The notes under the pieces: generated by a model
What the model was told of the DNA's origin: nothing
Database searches by the model: none
The model's input: only the letters and a program-made list of their open reading frames with translations
NCBI GenBank assembly: GCA_951406725.2
Contig: OX597816.1
Coordinates: 90,458,001 to 90,522,000 of the forward strand
DNA from: Octopus vulgaris
Taxonomy: Eukaryota
Direction of reading: 5' to 3'
DNA: 64,000 nt
Made by a program: the position numbers and the translations under genes
Shown here: piece after piece, positions 12,935-26,300 of the stretch
Numbering within the stretch: position 1 is the first letter of the stretch
How the letters are laid out: every line of letters starts with the position of its first letter

Positions 12935-13168
12935 TAAGGCGGCGAGCTGGCAGAATCGTTAGCATGCTGGGCAAAATGCGTAGCCATATTTCGTCTGCCA
13001 ATACGTTCTGAGTTCAAATTCCGCCGAGGTCGACTTTGCCTTTCATCCTTTCGGGGTCGATAAATTAAGTACCAGTTACACACTGGAGTCGATGTAATCA
13101 ACTTAATTCGTTTGTCTGTCCTTGTTTGTCCCCTCTGTGTTTAGCCCCTTGTGGGTAGTAAAGAAATA
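12935..13168 (+). mobile_element. Young full-length SINE with 14-bp TSD
   Basis: CpG-rich copy aaggcggcgagctggcagaatcgttagc...gtaaagaaata, flanked by tatatcactaaaga at 12921-12934 and 13169-13182. Confidence 0.9.
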
Positions 13169-16100
13169 TATATCACTAAAGACTAATGTTTCCATGTAAT
13201 GATTTCAAGAGGGATACATAAAACTGCTCTCTTGTCCTCTGACTCATAATTCAGAGAACAAAACAAATGAAAGATGTTTTGCAAAGGTATGATTCACTTA
13301 TCACTTACTGGTAAACTCTATCTATGCATAACACAAACCAATAAGGATGTTTTTTATGTGTTTGTTTGACCAGTCTGAAATTGCAGTAAAATTCTCAGAA
13401 ATCACACTCTACCAACATTGGATAAAATAGTCTGGGGTTGAACAACAACCGATTTACAGTTAAGCAAAATGAATCTAACAAGAATATTCTTGACTATAGA
13501 CACAGACAGTGCAGGGGTGGTGTAAAGATGTGAATAATTAACATGACCAGTAAAACAATATTTTATCAACTTGACCAACTGCAACTGTACATTATGTAGC
13601 TAAGTTCATTAAGATAAAAACTTGCTTTAGAAAAATTAACTACTTAACACTTATTTTTTTAACAGATTAGTCATAGGAGGAAGGCAGCATCTATGATCCT
13701 TTCCAAGGTTTTCATGATTGGTGGATAGAAGTTATCTTTAGATTGGGAATCTAGCCACTAATGGCTCCTAAATGGCAGCCAGTGGTATTTTTATGTTAAA
13801 AACAAGTAGGTACAGCTTGGTTTATCATCATCATCGTCATCATCAGCATGATTTAAAGTCCACCTTCCATGCTGGCATGGGCTGGATGGTTTGACTGGAT
13901 CCAGTGATCTACAGGGCTGCATAGTTCTCCATGTCAGCTTTGGCATGGTTTCTACAGCTGGATGCTCTTCATAATGCCAACCCAGTGAGTACAGGGTGCT
14001 TTTTTTGTGCTACCAGCACTAGTGGGATTGACAAGTAACTTGCAAGATGGAAAAGGACAAGAAAAAGAGAAGAGGGAAAAGGCCCCTCCCGATTAATTGG
14101 TGATGGCCAAGGGTATTTTAGAAAGAGGAGAGATGATTCTTTTTATGTCAGGGGCAAGCAGGCGTCTTGCTATACAGAAGATACAGAGCAACCCCACATT
14201 ATATAAGGATAGATGAAAGTATCAGGGACAAAATTAAGCTGGTAGTCATGGGGTGCTAAAACAAAGACTTTGTCATTGTTATAAATTACAAATAGGTTAT
14301 TTAATTGCAAATTAAATAAATTAATTTATTTAATTTTTACATAATGGCTTTGTAGATGTACAGCATAAACTTAGTGGATAATGAATATATGCTGATGATT
14401 TATAGTGTTTTGATAGCATAAGAGTTTAATACCTAAACCAACAAATAAACACTAGAGACCTGTGACTAGATAACTCATTCATATCAGTGACTTGCAGTAG
14501 GACTTCTGTTACTGGATATACATGTGGAAATTCACAAATATCCATAAAGAAACAATTTTTAATATGAGATGGATTGAACAGACTCACTCTGGTCACCTGA
14601 GTATGTGCATGTATACAGCTATTATTGAATCACAATAATACAATATTACATATAATTTATGTAACATTCAACAATTAACAGCCGATAATAATGCATTGAA
14701 ACTATTGTAGCAATTTTTAATGAAGCCTGTTCAATCCATCTTCTCATTAATATATATATATATAAAGATGGATGAATAGGAGAAATAGTGAAAAATATAT
14801 AACAGCCAACAATATATGTATATTATTTAAGGAGTAGACAATTCAGGATCACATAGCCTATAAAATTCTAACTCAATAGTGTTTCAACTCATTCTAATAT
14901 ACACTACATATTGTTCCTTGTGTAATTTCATGTATAAACTGATGACCTCTCATATGTAGTTGAAAAATCTTACCACTGGGTTGAAAATTTTATTTATGGC
15001 TTCTTTAGTTGTTAGTAATCCTGCCCTCATGGATAATGTCTGTCTATATTTTTCATATTCAAATTCATCTATAGTATTTATTGTAAAATTTGTCAAATAT
15101 TTTCTTAATCATTTTAAACAGGACCAGAAAGTAAACCAATAGCCATAAATTTAAATCTTTACTTCTTTATTAGCCTATGTATATATCTGACAGTCCAGTT
15201 CTTCCTTTTTTTTTCCTATAAAAAAGGACATAATTCTGCTAATCTAATTCATTCTTATGACTAACCTCAGGCACCTATTCCTGAAATATTACAAGTAATC
15301 TCTTCTAGTCTTGACCTTTTCATTTACTATTTTATACACTCCTTTGGATACAGTACTGAGGTCTTAATTCTTCACCATCAGGATTTCTTTGCGGCACGCG
15401 TGTATCTCAATTTACAAATTCCAGGAGCTTAAAATAAAGATCAGCTAACTTGATCTTTCTTTCGTTAGAAAGATGTTTCAAAAGTGATTCTGGGGGAGGT
15501 TAAATGGTAATTGACTTAGAATGGATCTACGTCACGTAATTTTAAAGGAAAGAATGTTAAATACGGATGATTTGTCTGGTGTTGATGTAATATAACTGAA
15601 TCAAAATAATGTGTTTTGTTGGTTTTTAATATAATATTTAATAATGGGGTATGTTATGCAAAATAAAAAGCTTTGAAATTTTTTTTAATCGAAAATATTA
15701 GAGCTCCAGTTACTATTTTTATTTAATCTTTGTAATTTTTACGACACTATTTCGATTTTTAAATTAGAAATGAATCTTTTCTTCACTAGCAGATGGTTAA
15801 CAAAATTTACCAATTATTCTAAGACTATATTCGAAATGAATTACATTATCAACGTAAAAAATTGTGATTAACTTCAAAAACTGTTATTTATTTTAAGTGG
15901 TTAGCTATTAATAGTAATATTTCATAGTAAATCGCAATTACTAGAAAATGAATGCAAATTCTTACGTTAATATTTGTAATGCAACCCCGAGGATCCTAAC
16001 AGTTGAAATTGACCTATTATCAATCAAAGTATAGTTATCATTCTAATGTTTTGGTAACTAACATACATTTTTTTGCTTTAATTTCAAACATCCCTGTCCA

Positions 16101-16639
16101 ACTAAACTTCAGTAAAACAATTAGTGCATTAATCGTACATTGATAATATCAAAGACAATATGTTGATAAACTGTTTGCTTTTTAAACGACCAGTAAAATG
16201 TCGAAATCACCTGGTACCTAATGACATAATCACTCCCCTCCACAAATAAAAATGCTTAGTTTAGGTGAGCGTAAGAACCACACTGAAATGTAGCAATAAT
16301 TTGATTCTTTATTAATTTGGGCAGATGTTTACACTGGATTAACCGTGCTGGTTAAAGTTAGCAGTGTGGAGTTACCGCTCTCTTCTTCAATGTTTATCTT
16401 CTCACCATCACACACTATCGTCACCTTTCATACTCCAAAATGCACTTAACTCGTTTAGCATGCTATTCCCAAATTAAACTCATTCATGATTATTTTAATA
16501 CCACACCGAAAATGGAAAAAAAAATAGAAATAAAAACCCCATTTAGAAAGGCACGTTTTTATCTGCAGATATATATATAAAATTATTATATATTTCTCAT
16601 TACTACTATTTCTATTAGACTATAATAGTGATTACTGCA

Positions 16640-17060
16640 AACATTATTTACCTTTACTGATGCGCAATAAAATCTTGAAGCGAACGTGTTAATTGACAAT
16701 TGTTTTCTTTTCTCACTTGCAAGAGTTTTATTTATTTATTATTTATTATTAAAAGACTTGCAGCCTGAATCAGTATTTCCCAGCTTCGTCTCTACTCCCT
16801 CCCCTCCCCTCCCCACCGGCCTTCACCTCCCTCCCTCCCTCCCTCTCTCTCTCTCAACAGTTCGACGACGACGCAATGAATGACGGTATATTTCATACTA
16901 CCATTCATCGTCACGTGATTCTTCACATCAACATTCTTCTGTTGTGATCTATCTCAAAACGGGAAAACTTCTTTCCATCAGCTTTATATTAATTACAACT
17001 TGTATATGTTTTCCACTTTGTGCCAATGTATCCGTAAATTCAAGTTGACATGGTGAGTAT
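16640..17060. promoter_or_regulatory. Probable bidirectional promoter and first non-coding exons of the JmjC (-) and ZNF (+) genes
   Basis: Repeat-free, CpG-enriched stretch. It has a polypyrimidine/G4-type tract at 16795-16855, an E-box GTCACGTGA at 16910-16918, a + strand donor ATG|GTGAGT at 17053 and a - strand donor AAAG|GTAAAT at 16651. Confidence 0.5.
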
Positions 17061-20000
17061 TTTAGTTAAAAGTTGCGTACTTGGGATATTAAGCACATAT
17101 TTCTCTCACACATATCGTTGTCATATCTAATGGCGCAGAGAAAGCTTCTCATAAAATATAGTTAAACGCAACTAATATCTCCTTTCCCCCTTCCTGGATG
17201 ATGTTAATATGTTAAGCTACTGTCATAAATATATGTAATAACTTTTCAAATAAATTTACGTTTTATAGATATCTATTAATCTGGTTGAATTAGTTTTGTA
17301 GTTGTTACTTTTTTTTTAAATTTCACAACTACTTCAGAGTGTTTTTTTTGTTTTTGCTTGTTTTATTTTTTAAATTACAAATTGAATTTAGTTCATCCTT
17401 AACTTTGATCTTGCATCTAAAATACAGTAAGATAATTATCTTTCTGGTATTTTTTTTAGCGTGTATAAAGAATTTAATGTGTCTGAACAAATCTAAAAAT
17501 TAAAGTTATTTATTATAATTTCTCATTAATTCAATTAAAATATGATTTTAAAATATGCAATTCCGTTTCTTAACCAGATATATTACATATATATGTTATA
17601 CTGATATGATCAACTAATTCTCTGAAACCATTTTCATTAAAGTTTTATATGAAGTTCATCTTAGGCATTTCATTAGTGTTGTCTGGCAACTAAAAAAAAT
17701 CAAACCTAATAATTAAAATATGAGAAACATTTCGTGAAGTGAATTATATATATAAAAAAAAAGATAAATAAAAAAGAAAACCCCATCATGGCAATATATG
17801 TATGTAGTGCATAATTTACAATCCGTCCATTATTTTGAAGTAATATTGTATGTGGTCTGGCACATACCATACTGTTTGATATGCAGTTTTATCATATGGT
17901 TTCATATTCTCCATACATCATGCAACTTTTAGATATAACTTCTGGGTGGCTTAATTTGCCCTGACTCCTCTACAAACTGACTTTTGGTCAGACAAACTAT
18001 TCTAAGTACAAGCTGTTACAGACAGTAGATTTATTTCATTTAACTCATAAAATGTGAAAATATATTGCTATATTATTTTGTTAACTTGTTGCACTATTTA
18101 ACTGAAAATAAATTCTTAAAATTGCTTTTTGGGGGGGGATTAGTATTCATTATTTCATCAAAATAACTCAATGGAACATATCACTAGAGACTTTCTCAAA
18201 AATATGATAGATCAATAATATACTTAAGGTAGTTTGATGAAAGACTAACACAATAATATTGAATTCTGAAGGAAAATCCTGCTACTATCTATGCTTTATT
18301 AATATTGACTTATACTTTTAGCTCATCTGTATTAGTTTTTGTGTGGCTACATTAAAGTATCTTGGGGCTTATGTCCATTTTCACTTTCTGATTTCAGAGA
18401 TTAGGCCCTTCAAGCAAAAACTGAAATAGGTTTGTTCATGTGAAAAACAAATTTTACATTAATATTTAATTTTATTGAACAAAAAAGATTAAGAATACTT
18501 GTGAATCCTTATGAATATCTGAGTAATTTAAACCAGTGTAATGTAATATTAATGTGAAAACAATATTTAGCAAAAAGTGTGAGAATGAAAGAAATAAAGG
18601 GATTAGGAGTAATCTATTTATAGAAAAAGACTAAAGATAATATACAAATATACAGTGAAAGAAATAGTGACAATAGATTCTTAAACAGGTTAAAAATTAG
18701 AACTAAAGTGGTCAGTTATTTTAGATGGTTAAATAAATATGCATAAAAAAATCATTGATTGGACAGTTTAAAATGACCACTTACATAATGTCATATAAAT
18801 GGAATAGAAAAGATTATCCCAAATGGATACCATTGAAATAGCATGTGTATATATAGCAAACAATAAAGCTACCTTTGGATATAGCTTAAAATATGTGAAG
18901 AGGTACATGCTGACTAAGAGAAGAATTTGTAATGGACGATGACCTAGGAACAATTCCTGAATAATGTCTGACGTGTGTCATTACAATGAAGGCAGGAGTA
19001 ATATTGCTGTAACAGTCTAAAATGAAATATTGAAGGTCATAAAATAAATAACTTGATACAGTCTTGTATTTCTGAAGAATCACAGGTGTGTTTTTTGTCT
19101 GCTTTATTCTTTGTGAGTGTTATTGGAATATTTATTTTTACAATATATCTTTACTGATCTTTTATCATGAAGTAGAAATTATTATTTTGTAGCCATGTTA
19201 ACAAATAACCTTATATAATTATCTTGCTATAGGATATAATATTTAAGACCTCATAAACTCAGTTATAAAATACAAATACATTATTCTTTTCAACTTTCAA
19301 ACCACATGTTCAATATCTAAAAATCAGAAATCCATTCCATCTTACTTTTCATGTTATCTTCTCAAAGTATAAAAATGTTTAGATAGCATTAGTTGTTTAG
19401 TCTTCAGATATGTTTGCTTCCATTCAACCATATTTGGCTGTTCCTATGCAATTTTTATTCTTTGGTATTGTGTTTTGGAAACTTTGTATAGTTTTGTTAT
19501 TGATAGTGCTTATAACATTCTTTATATGCAGTTCGCTTTATGTTTGTCAAACCCATGCCAGCATAGAACATGGACTTTAAAATGATGATTCTTTTGATAT
19601 TCTCTTAGTAACACTATTAGCAATAGCTTCACTATCAAAAGAATTTGAGATTTAAGTGGCTAAAAAAATTGAACAAATTATGACATGATCTATGGTTACA
19701 TGCTGTCCCAAATACAAGGACATCATCATCATTTAGTTCTGTTTTCCATGCTACTTTGGGTAAAGTGGTTTGACTGGAGCGGGAGAGCTGTACTGGGTGT
19801 CAATCTGTTTTGGCTTGGATTTTATGGCTGGATGCCCTTTCTAATACCAACCATTCCACTGAGTGTACTGGGTGTCATTTACATGTCATTGGCACAGCTG
19901 CCTTTCACATGTCATCGGCACTGGTCGTGACTACAATTTCACTTTGCTTGATGTGTCTTCTCAAGCACAGCAAATCATCAAAAGTCTCAGTTACTTATTG

Positions 20001-22339
20001 TCTCTGTGAGACTCGACATCTGAAGATCATATTTCACCACTATCTGTTTTCCATGCTGGTATGGGTTGGACAGTTTGACAGTATGTGGTGAGTCACAAGG
20101 TTCAGTTTTGGCATTGTTTTTACAGTTGGATGCCAGCCACTTTACAGTGTGTACTGAGTACTTTTTTTTCATGCCACTGGCATAAATGTTGGTTGCCATG
20201 TAATTTGCAAGATAAAAAATTGCAGTGGAAAGAAAAGGTCCCTTGACTAAATGGGTGGGGAGGTGGCTGTATGCCAGGTGTTGGGGGTCTAAAAAGTATG
20301 ACAGAGGATAGCTCAGGTGTTTTGCTATATATTAGATACATAGCTACCCTACATTATTTGTAGTGGTGGGGGCGAGGGAGTAGTTAGAAGATGCAGATGG
20401 TGGTGACTAGATGCCAGAGCATCTAGTCACTGAAATGTTCTGAAATTGGAGGAGAATTGAATATAGTGAGTAATAAGCGAAGGTGGAAATGCAGTTTGGG
20501 AAATATCAGTATGGAGTGGGAGAGAGTATGGAATATCAATATGACAAGTTGAAGTAAACTGTATGTAATATTGGCAACTGCTCTGATATCTCTGCTTTTA
20601 TGAGTTATAAAAAATTTCTTTCTGCATACAAGATACATAGTCCTGAAATCTCAAAACTGTCATCTGTCATATAAGAATAGTATATGATATGTAAAATATA
20701 TAATACAAATTCTTGTAGAGCATAGTTTGGCCGATATAATGTAACTTAACATCATGACAGATATGCAATTGGTCTCTTTAACATTAGTTTATTGATTTCC
20801 TACCTTTATGTAATATATCTTCCTCAGCTTATGTTGTTTAGTTTATCGTGTATTTCTCTTTTATTTTTATCCTGAGTCAATCATAACTGAATCTGCTTGC
20901 TTGTTAACAACGCATATTTTCCTCAGTATCATTGTTTTACATATTTTTATGTTCATAGCCACAACAGATATTTAGTTGACCAAGTTAAAGTGTTGGATTA
21001 CTTACCAAAACATTGATAGCTCATACTACTTCACTGGCAATACATTGTGTTCTAAACAAATTATTCTTGAATCTGCATTCCTCCTGGCTGTAAATAAGTA
21101 TGTTTCACTGAATGGGAATATTGTTTAATTAATGAGTTTCGCTGTGTTGAATAAGTCCGTGCCCATCAACAGAATGCTGTTTTACATCACAGGTGGTCAG
21201 TTTGCCATTTGGTTGGAGTACTAGTTTGCATTCTATGCTGTATATGATATTATGCAACAGTCTTACATTAAATTCTTGCTCAAATAAGATACCTCTCCTG
21301 ATTACAAAAGATTCTGTTACAGTGATTACTTATTAATATCATGTTGTAAGGCGGCAAGCTGATAGAAGCACTAGCATGCGGGGCAAAATGCTTAACTGTA
21401 TTTCATACATCTTTATGTTCTGAGTTCAAATACTGCTGAGGTTGACTTTGCCTTTCAATCTTTTGAGGTCAATGAAATAAGTATCATTTAAGCATTGGGG
21501 TTGATGTAATCAACTCACACCTTTCTCTGAAATTGCTGGCCTTGGGCCAAAATCTAAAACCAATATCACGCTGTCCTTCGTTTTTTCATTCTCTTTATAG
21601 TTGTCATTCTGTCAGTGAATTTTCTTACACTTCACTAGTTTTAATCACCCATAAGGTACTGTACAGGCTTCTGCAGATCTAACATTTCATTGTAAGCAAA
21701 ATTTATATTTATATCTTCCAGACTAGTGAAGGCCAAAGACTCTTGCTTAAACTTTAACAATTGTGTAGATATTGTAGCGCCCTTCAGTATCCTCATGAGA
21801 TTAACTTATAGAAGCCATACAAAGCAGCGTGACAATATTTGTCTGTTGAATAGGATGATATACGATCTTTAATTCAGTACAAGTTTTAGTTTGCATTGCT
21901 TTATCAAGTTATAGTGTTTTTGATAGTAAATATCTCCAGACCAGTATTTGACAAGTCCACTATTGTGTTTCACTAGAATTGTTTCAAGTGCACAAAAGTC
22001 TAGTATTTTGATTTCCATCAAGATTTAATTTAAATGTGACCCGTAGTCTCTATGTAATTCTTAAAAATCTTTGTCCATCATTGATGACAATGATTTCATC
22101 ACTAGTGACCATTATGTTAATAATTGCAGAATTGTTTGTTGGAACTTTGATCTTTTTCCTCTTTCAAGTAAGCAAGATATAGGTATGTTTCAAAACAACT
22201 GTTTAATCTTGCCTATTTTCATTTTCTAAAAGATAAGACTGTGGTGTACTCAGTGTCTAATTAACTGTTCACCAATGCAATGATGCCCATATACTTGCAC
22301 TAGATAGAACATTTATAGTCTAACAATTGCAAATCCTCT

Positions 22340-22875
22340 GCATTCAGGGCCCAGTCTCACTTCTGTATTGTACACAAGTATCATACACTTTGCTCTTCAT
22401 TCTAAAGTAGCGGCTCTTTGTTAGCTCTTTGAACTCTTTCCACCTCATCCTTACCCTGGGTACTATGATTTCAGAGCACCCACTTCTACTGCCAACTAGA
22501 TCACCTTGGTAACAAAAACTGTTGACTACTTCCAGAAAGCCTGTTGAACAGTTGTAAGAATCTATTTCCTGGATGCTCTTTGTACTTAAAGCTCTTGTGC
22601 ACCTACTGTTTACACTGGGCACACTATTAAGTTTCTACCTGCTCCTTTTCTACTTATTGAGCATTCCTGACAACATCAGTGTCATGTCTCATCTATTTGA
22701 TATAACTTTAGTCTTGTCTAAGTTTACTTTAAGGTCCTTTAATTCCAGGTTTTGCTTCCATGTTTGCAATTTCTTCCACAGATCTACGGATGCTGCTGTA
22801 AGAATAAGGTCATCAGCACACAGGAGTTTCCATAGACAGCCAGTCTTATTTAATGCACGTTATTGGATAGCTTAA
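22340..22875 (-). mobile_element. Degenerate RTE-clade LINE RT fragment
   Basis: (C)ADDLILTA, EVVNSFCYQGD, RVRMRWKEFKEL and KSKVYDTCV are RTE RT C-terminal motifs. Confidence 0.75.
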
Positions 22876-23367
22876 CTTTTTCAAAGATGACACTGTTCAT
22901 GTAGCTATCTTCTTGACAGAATGTTGACATTTTATTTTTAAGCTTGGTGGAATGTTATGATTATTATAGAAATTCCCTTCAACATGTATATGAAGTATGT
23001 TACAGGGACTGGGATTACTTTATATGTATTGATACTTACTGAAAGTTTGTAGTCTTATGAGTCAAGATATTTGTGCATAAAAGGCTCGTGGGAGCAACAA
23101 GCATTTGGTTTGCCAAATGCACTTGAATATTAATTTGGATGAGCAGAAGAGCATGGATGATTACAAACTCCGTAAATAGATTTCTGGAGTAGTGAACAAG
23201 TTCTATTGTTTCATTGATAATTCTGTATGTAGGTAGGATTACGAAATATTAATTTTTTTTTTGTTATGAGATTGAACTGGTATTATTTCTTGTATTTTTA
23301 CTTTACAGAATGATGCTGAAACTTACATCATGTTCATATCTGAATGCACCAAAATGATTTGTAATTA

Positions 23368-26300
23368 ATGAATATTTTGAAGAAAATGGAGTCAATGGAT
23401 ACTAATGATTCACCTTCAATACTTGAGTCACCACTGATGCAATTAGCGAATGCTAGTGCTTCTGCTGTAAGAGCTGATCTGCCGACTGAAGAAACCCCTA
23501 AAGACCAGCCACGTGTGTACACCAATGAGGCATTTTCAAGTGAGGATAATACCTTGGCAAAAGAGAATAATATATCTAATGTTTACTGCACTCAACAACT
23601 TGATCAAAAGGAATGTCTCCTGAATTCTCATCAAATGGAGTCTAATAAGGAAATGGAATTAGTATCTACTGATAGTTTTGAAAGTAAATTATCAAACTTT
23701 CAAGTAGATGCACAACCAAACATTATTTCTCATAATTGCTGTGTTACTACAGCTAAAAATTCCTCTTTCAGTCAACCAGATTTAAAAAAATGCAATAACA
23801 AAGATATGATATGGGATTCACAACACTTACTGTACACACCACAAATTCAGGACAATAATGACAATTTTTTCCCATCGTCAAATTGTGATTCAGAACAATC
23901 TAAAAAAAATTCCACTTCTAGTGATGATAATTCATCTTTTGAATCTAAAAATAATTTAAATTCATTGGCAGGAAAAATAACTTTATTACCAAAAAAATGT
24001 ATAAAACCTTTTAACAATATAAGTGATACTTTTGATAAAATATCTAATAAGGAGGAAATATCTTACAACAAACAGGATCAGTCATTAAGTAGTGACTGTC
24101 AACTTGAATCTTCTGAGATAAATACTTTTGTAGAACCAATATCCATTCCTAATAATGACAATGTTAAGGCATGTTCTAAAAAGTCTGCATCACCTGAGGC
24201 TTCAATTGAGCAAAATAGATCCCCAAATTTCAAAAACGATTTTGATTCTTCACTTAAGGAGCTGCAACGAGTTTCTAATTTTCAAGTTTTGTCTAGTAAA
24301 GAAGAAACTCATGAAAGAAATTTAAAGACTTTTGTAGAGTTGCCTCCAGAAAGTGAAAGCAAAAACATTGCTGAAAAAAGTACTGGTGAGGAAGTATTTT
24401 TAGTACATGAAAAAAATTTGACAGTTTTAGCTCCTGATAAATTATCTAAAGTAACAGAAGAAAATACTTCTGATCATTTGCTTGATGAGGGCAGAACTCT
24501 CTCAAAATCACCAACTGAAGAGGCTTCCAGTTTTGTTACTGCTGATACGTCTAAAACAGATGAAACTTCATTACCAATTACCAGTTTTACTATGAATAAT
24601 GATGTAGCCCATAAACAAGTTCCAGATGAGGTGTTGACAGATATAAAAAAGAAAGCAAATACTCCTGAATTAACTTCCAAAATTGAAGCGGATAAAGATA
24701 ACGTAAACACGGTTTATTCTCTTAATAAGTCCTCTGAAACTGATCAAGATGATAAAAACATTACTTCATCTCCTGCAAGAGCCACTATTTCTGAGACTGA
24801 ATCCAGTAATGTTTCTAAAAGGCCACGCAGAAATATCAAGGCAAAGCGCATATTTTCTGCATCATTAAATGATGCTAATTCAGCCAATCAAAATGAAAAG
24901 AGAAATGTTAAAGAGTCAAGAAAAGAATCTCTGTGCTTAAAAAAAAAAAAATTACTTTCTGCAAAGAAGAAGTTGAATCTATCAAAAAAATTACATGTTG
25001 AGGAAGATGAAGATATTGCAGAGCAAAAAAATGCTCAAATTAAATCATCTAATTATTTTAAAACTGATCAATCAGTTCCAGTAGTTTTTACTTCCAGTCA
25101 CTCTTCCATATCTTCAAATCCTTTAGATACTGTTGGCATGAAAACAGTTTCAAGTAAAGCAAAAAATTTATTAATAGTTCCTAAATCCACATTTACTGTG
25201 AGTTCTCCTGATGAAAACCAATCAATCAATAAATGTTTAACCAAAAATCGAAATAGTAAACCAAAATCTGTTACAAAAGAGAAAAGTTCTTTACATACAA
25301 ATGTTGGAAAAGAAGCAACAAAGAATGGTGAAAATAAGTCTTCTTTCACTAAAATTAATAAAAATAGCAGTAAAAGAGTCCTTTCAGAAATAGCTTCGAC
25401 GTCTTTTGATAATAAAGTCACAAGTGATTCATTTTTAAATAGTAGTATTTCTTCAAACTTTTCAAAACCTGATGAAACTGAATGTAGTATAATTTTACCT
25501 TCCAACATGCCTATTACTTCCTCTAATCTTGCTACTTCATTTCACAATGAAGATGTAAGTCTCAGTATTACTGAAATTGAGAATTACATTAAAAAAGAGC
25601 CCACAGACATCTCTGAGTTGAATGAGTCAGCAAGTTCTAAAGTTTATGATAGCAAAACTGAATCAGTCTCTAATGCTTCCAGTTTGGTTGGTGAAACTCA
25701 TGAAATAAGGAAATTGCTTAATGCTAGTTCAAATGCTACTCAGTTAATTAGCACAAATTCATCAGGCTCATCAACAACAATTTCCAATGCACAACCTCTT
25801 GGTTCTGTGAAAATTAGTCCCGTATCCCCTTATGCAATATTTTTACCAGTTTCTCTTCCTTCTGGTTCAACTGTCCCTACTACTGCATCAATATCGTCAA
25901 ACAGCTTTCAGTTAAAAGTTCCAAATGTTCTTAGAAAAGAAAAACCTTTGTTACCAAATGATAGTATAATCTGTAAGAAGTCAGATGGTACAGGTCAGTT
26001 GGCCAACAATTCAAAACAGAAAAAATTTAGCAGAACTAATCTTATTCCTGCATATTTTCCTGCTCCTTTACCTAAATCTCTAATAGATAAGATAACTGTT
26101 AGTTATCATTCATGTGCTGAGTGTGGTGATACTTTTTTATTTAAGTCAAGTTTACATATTCATAAGACTCGTAAATGCATGCAAATAACTTATAACTGTG
26201 ACAATTGTACAACGAAGCTTATTTTTTATAATAAGTGCTCTGTGCTGGAGCATGTCCGTTCGCATTATCCATCTCAGCCAGTTACTATTAAACTTGATAA

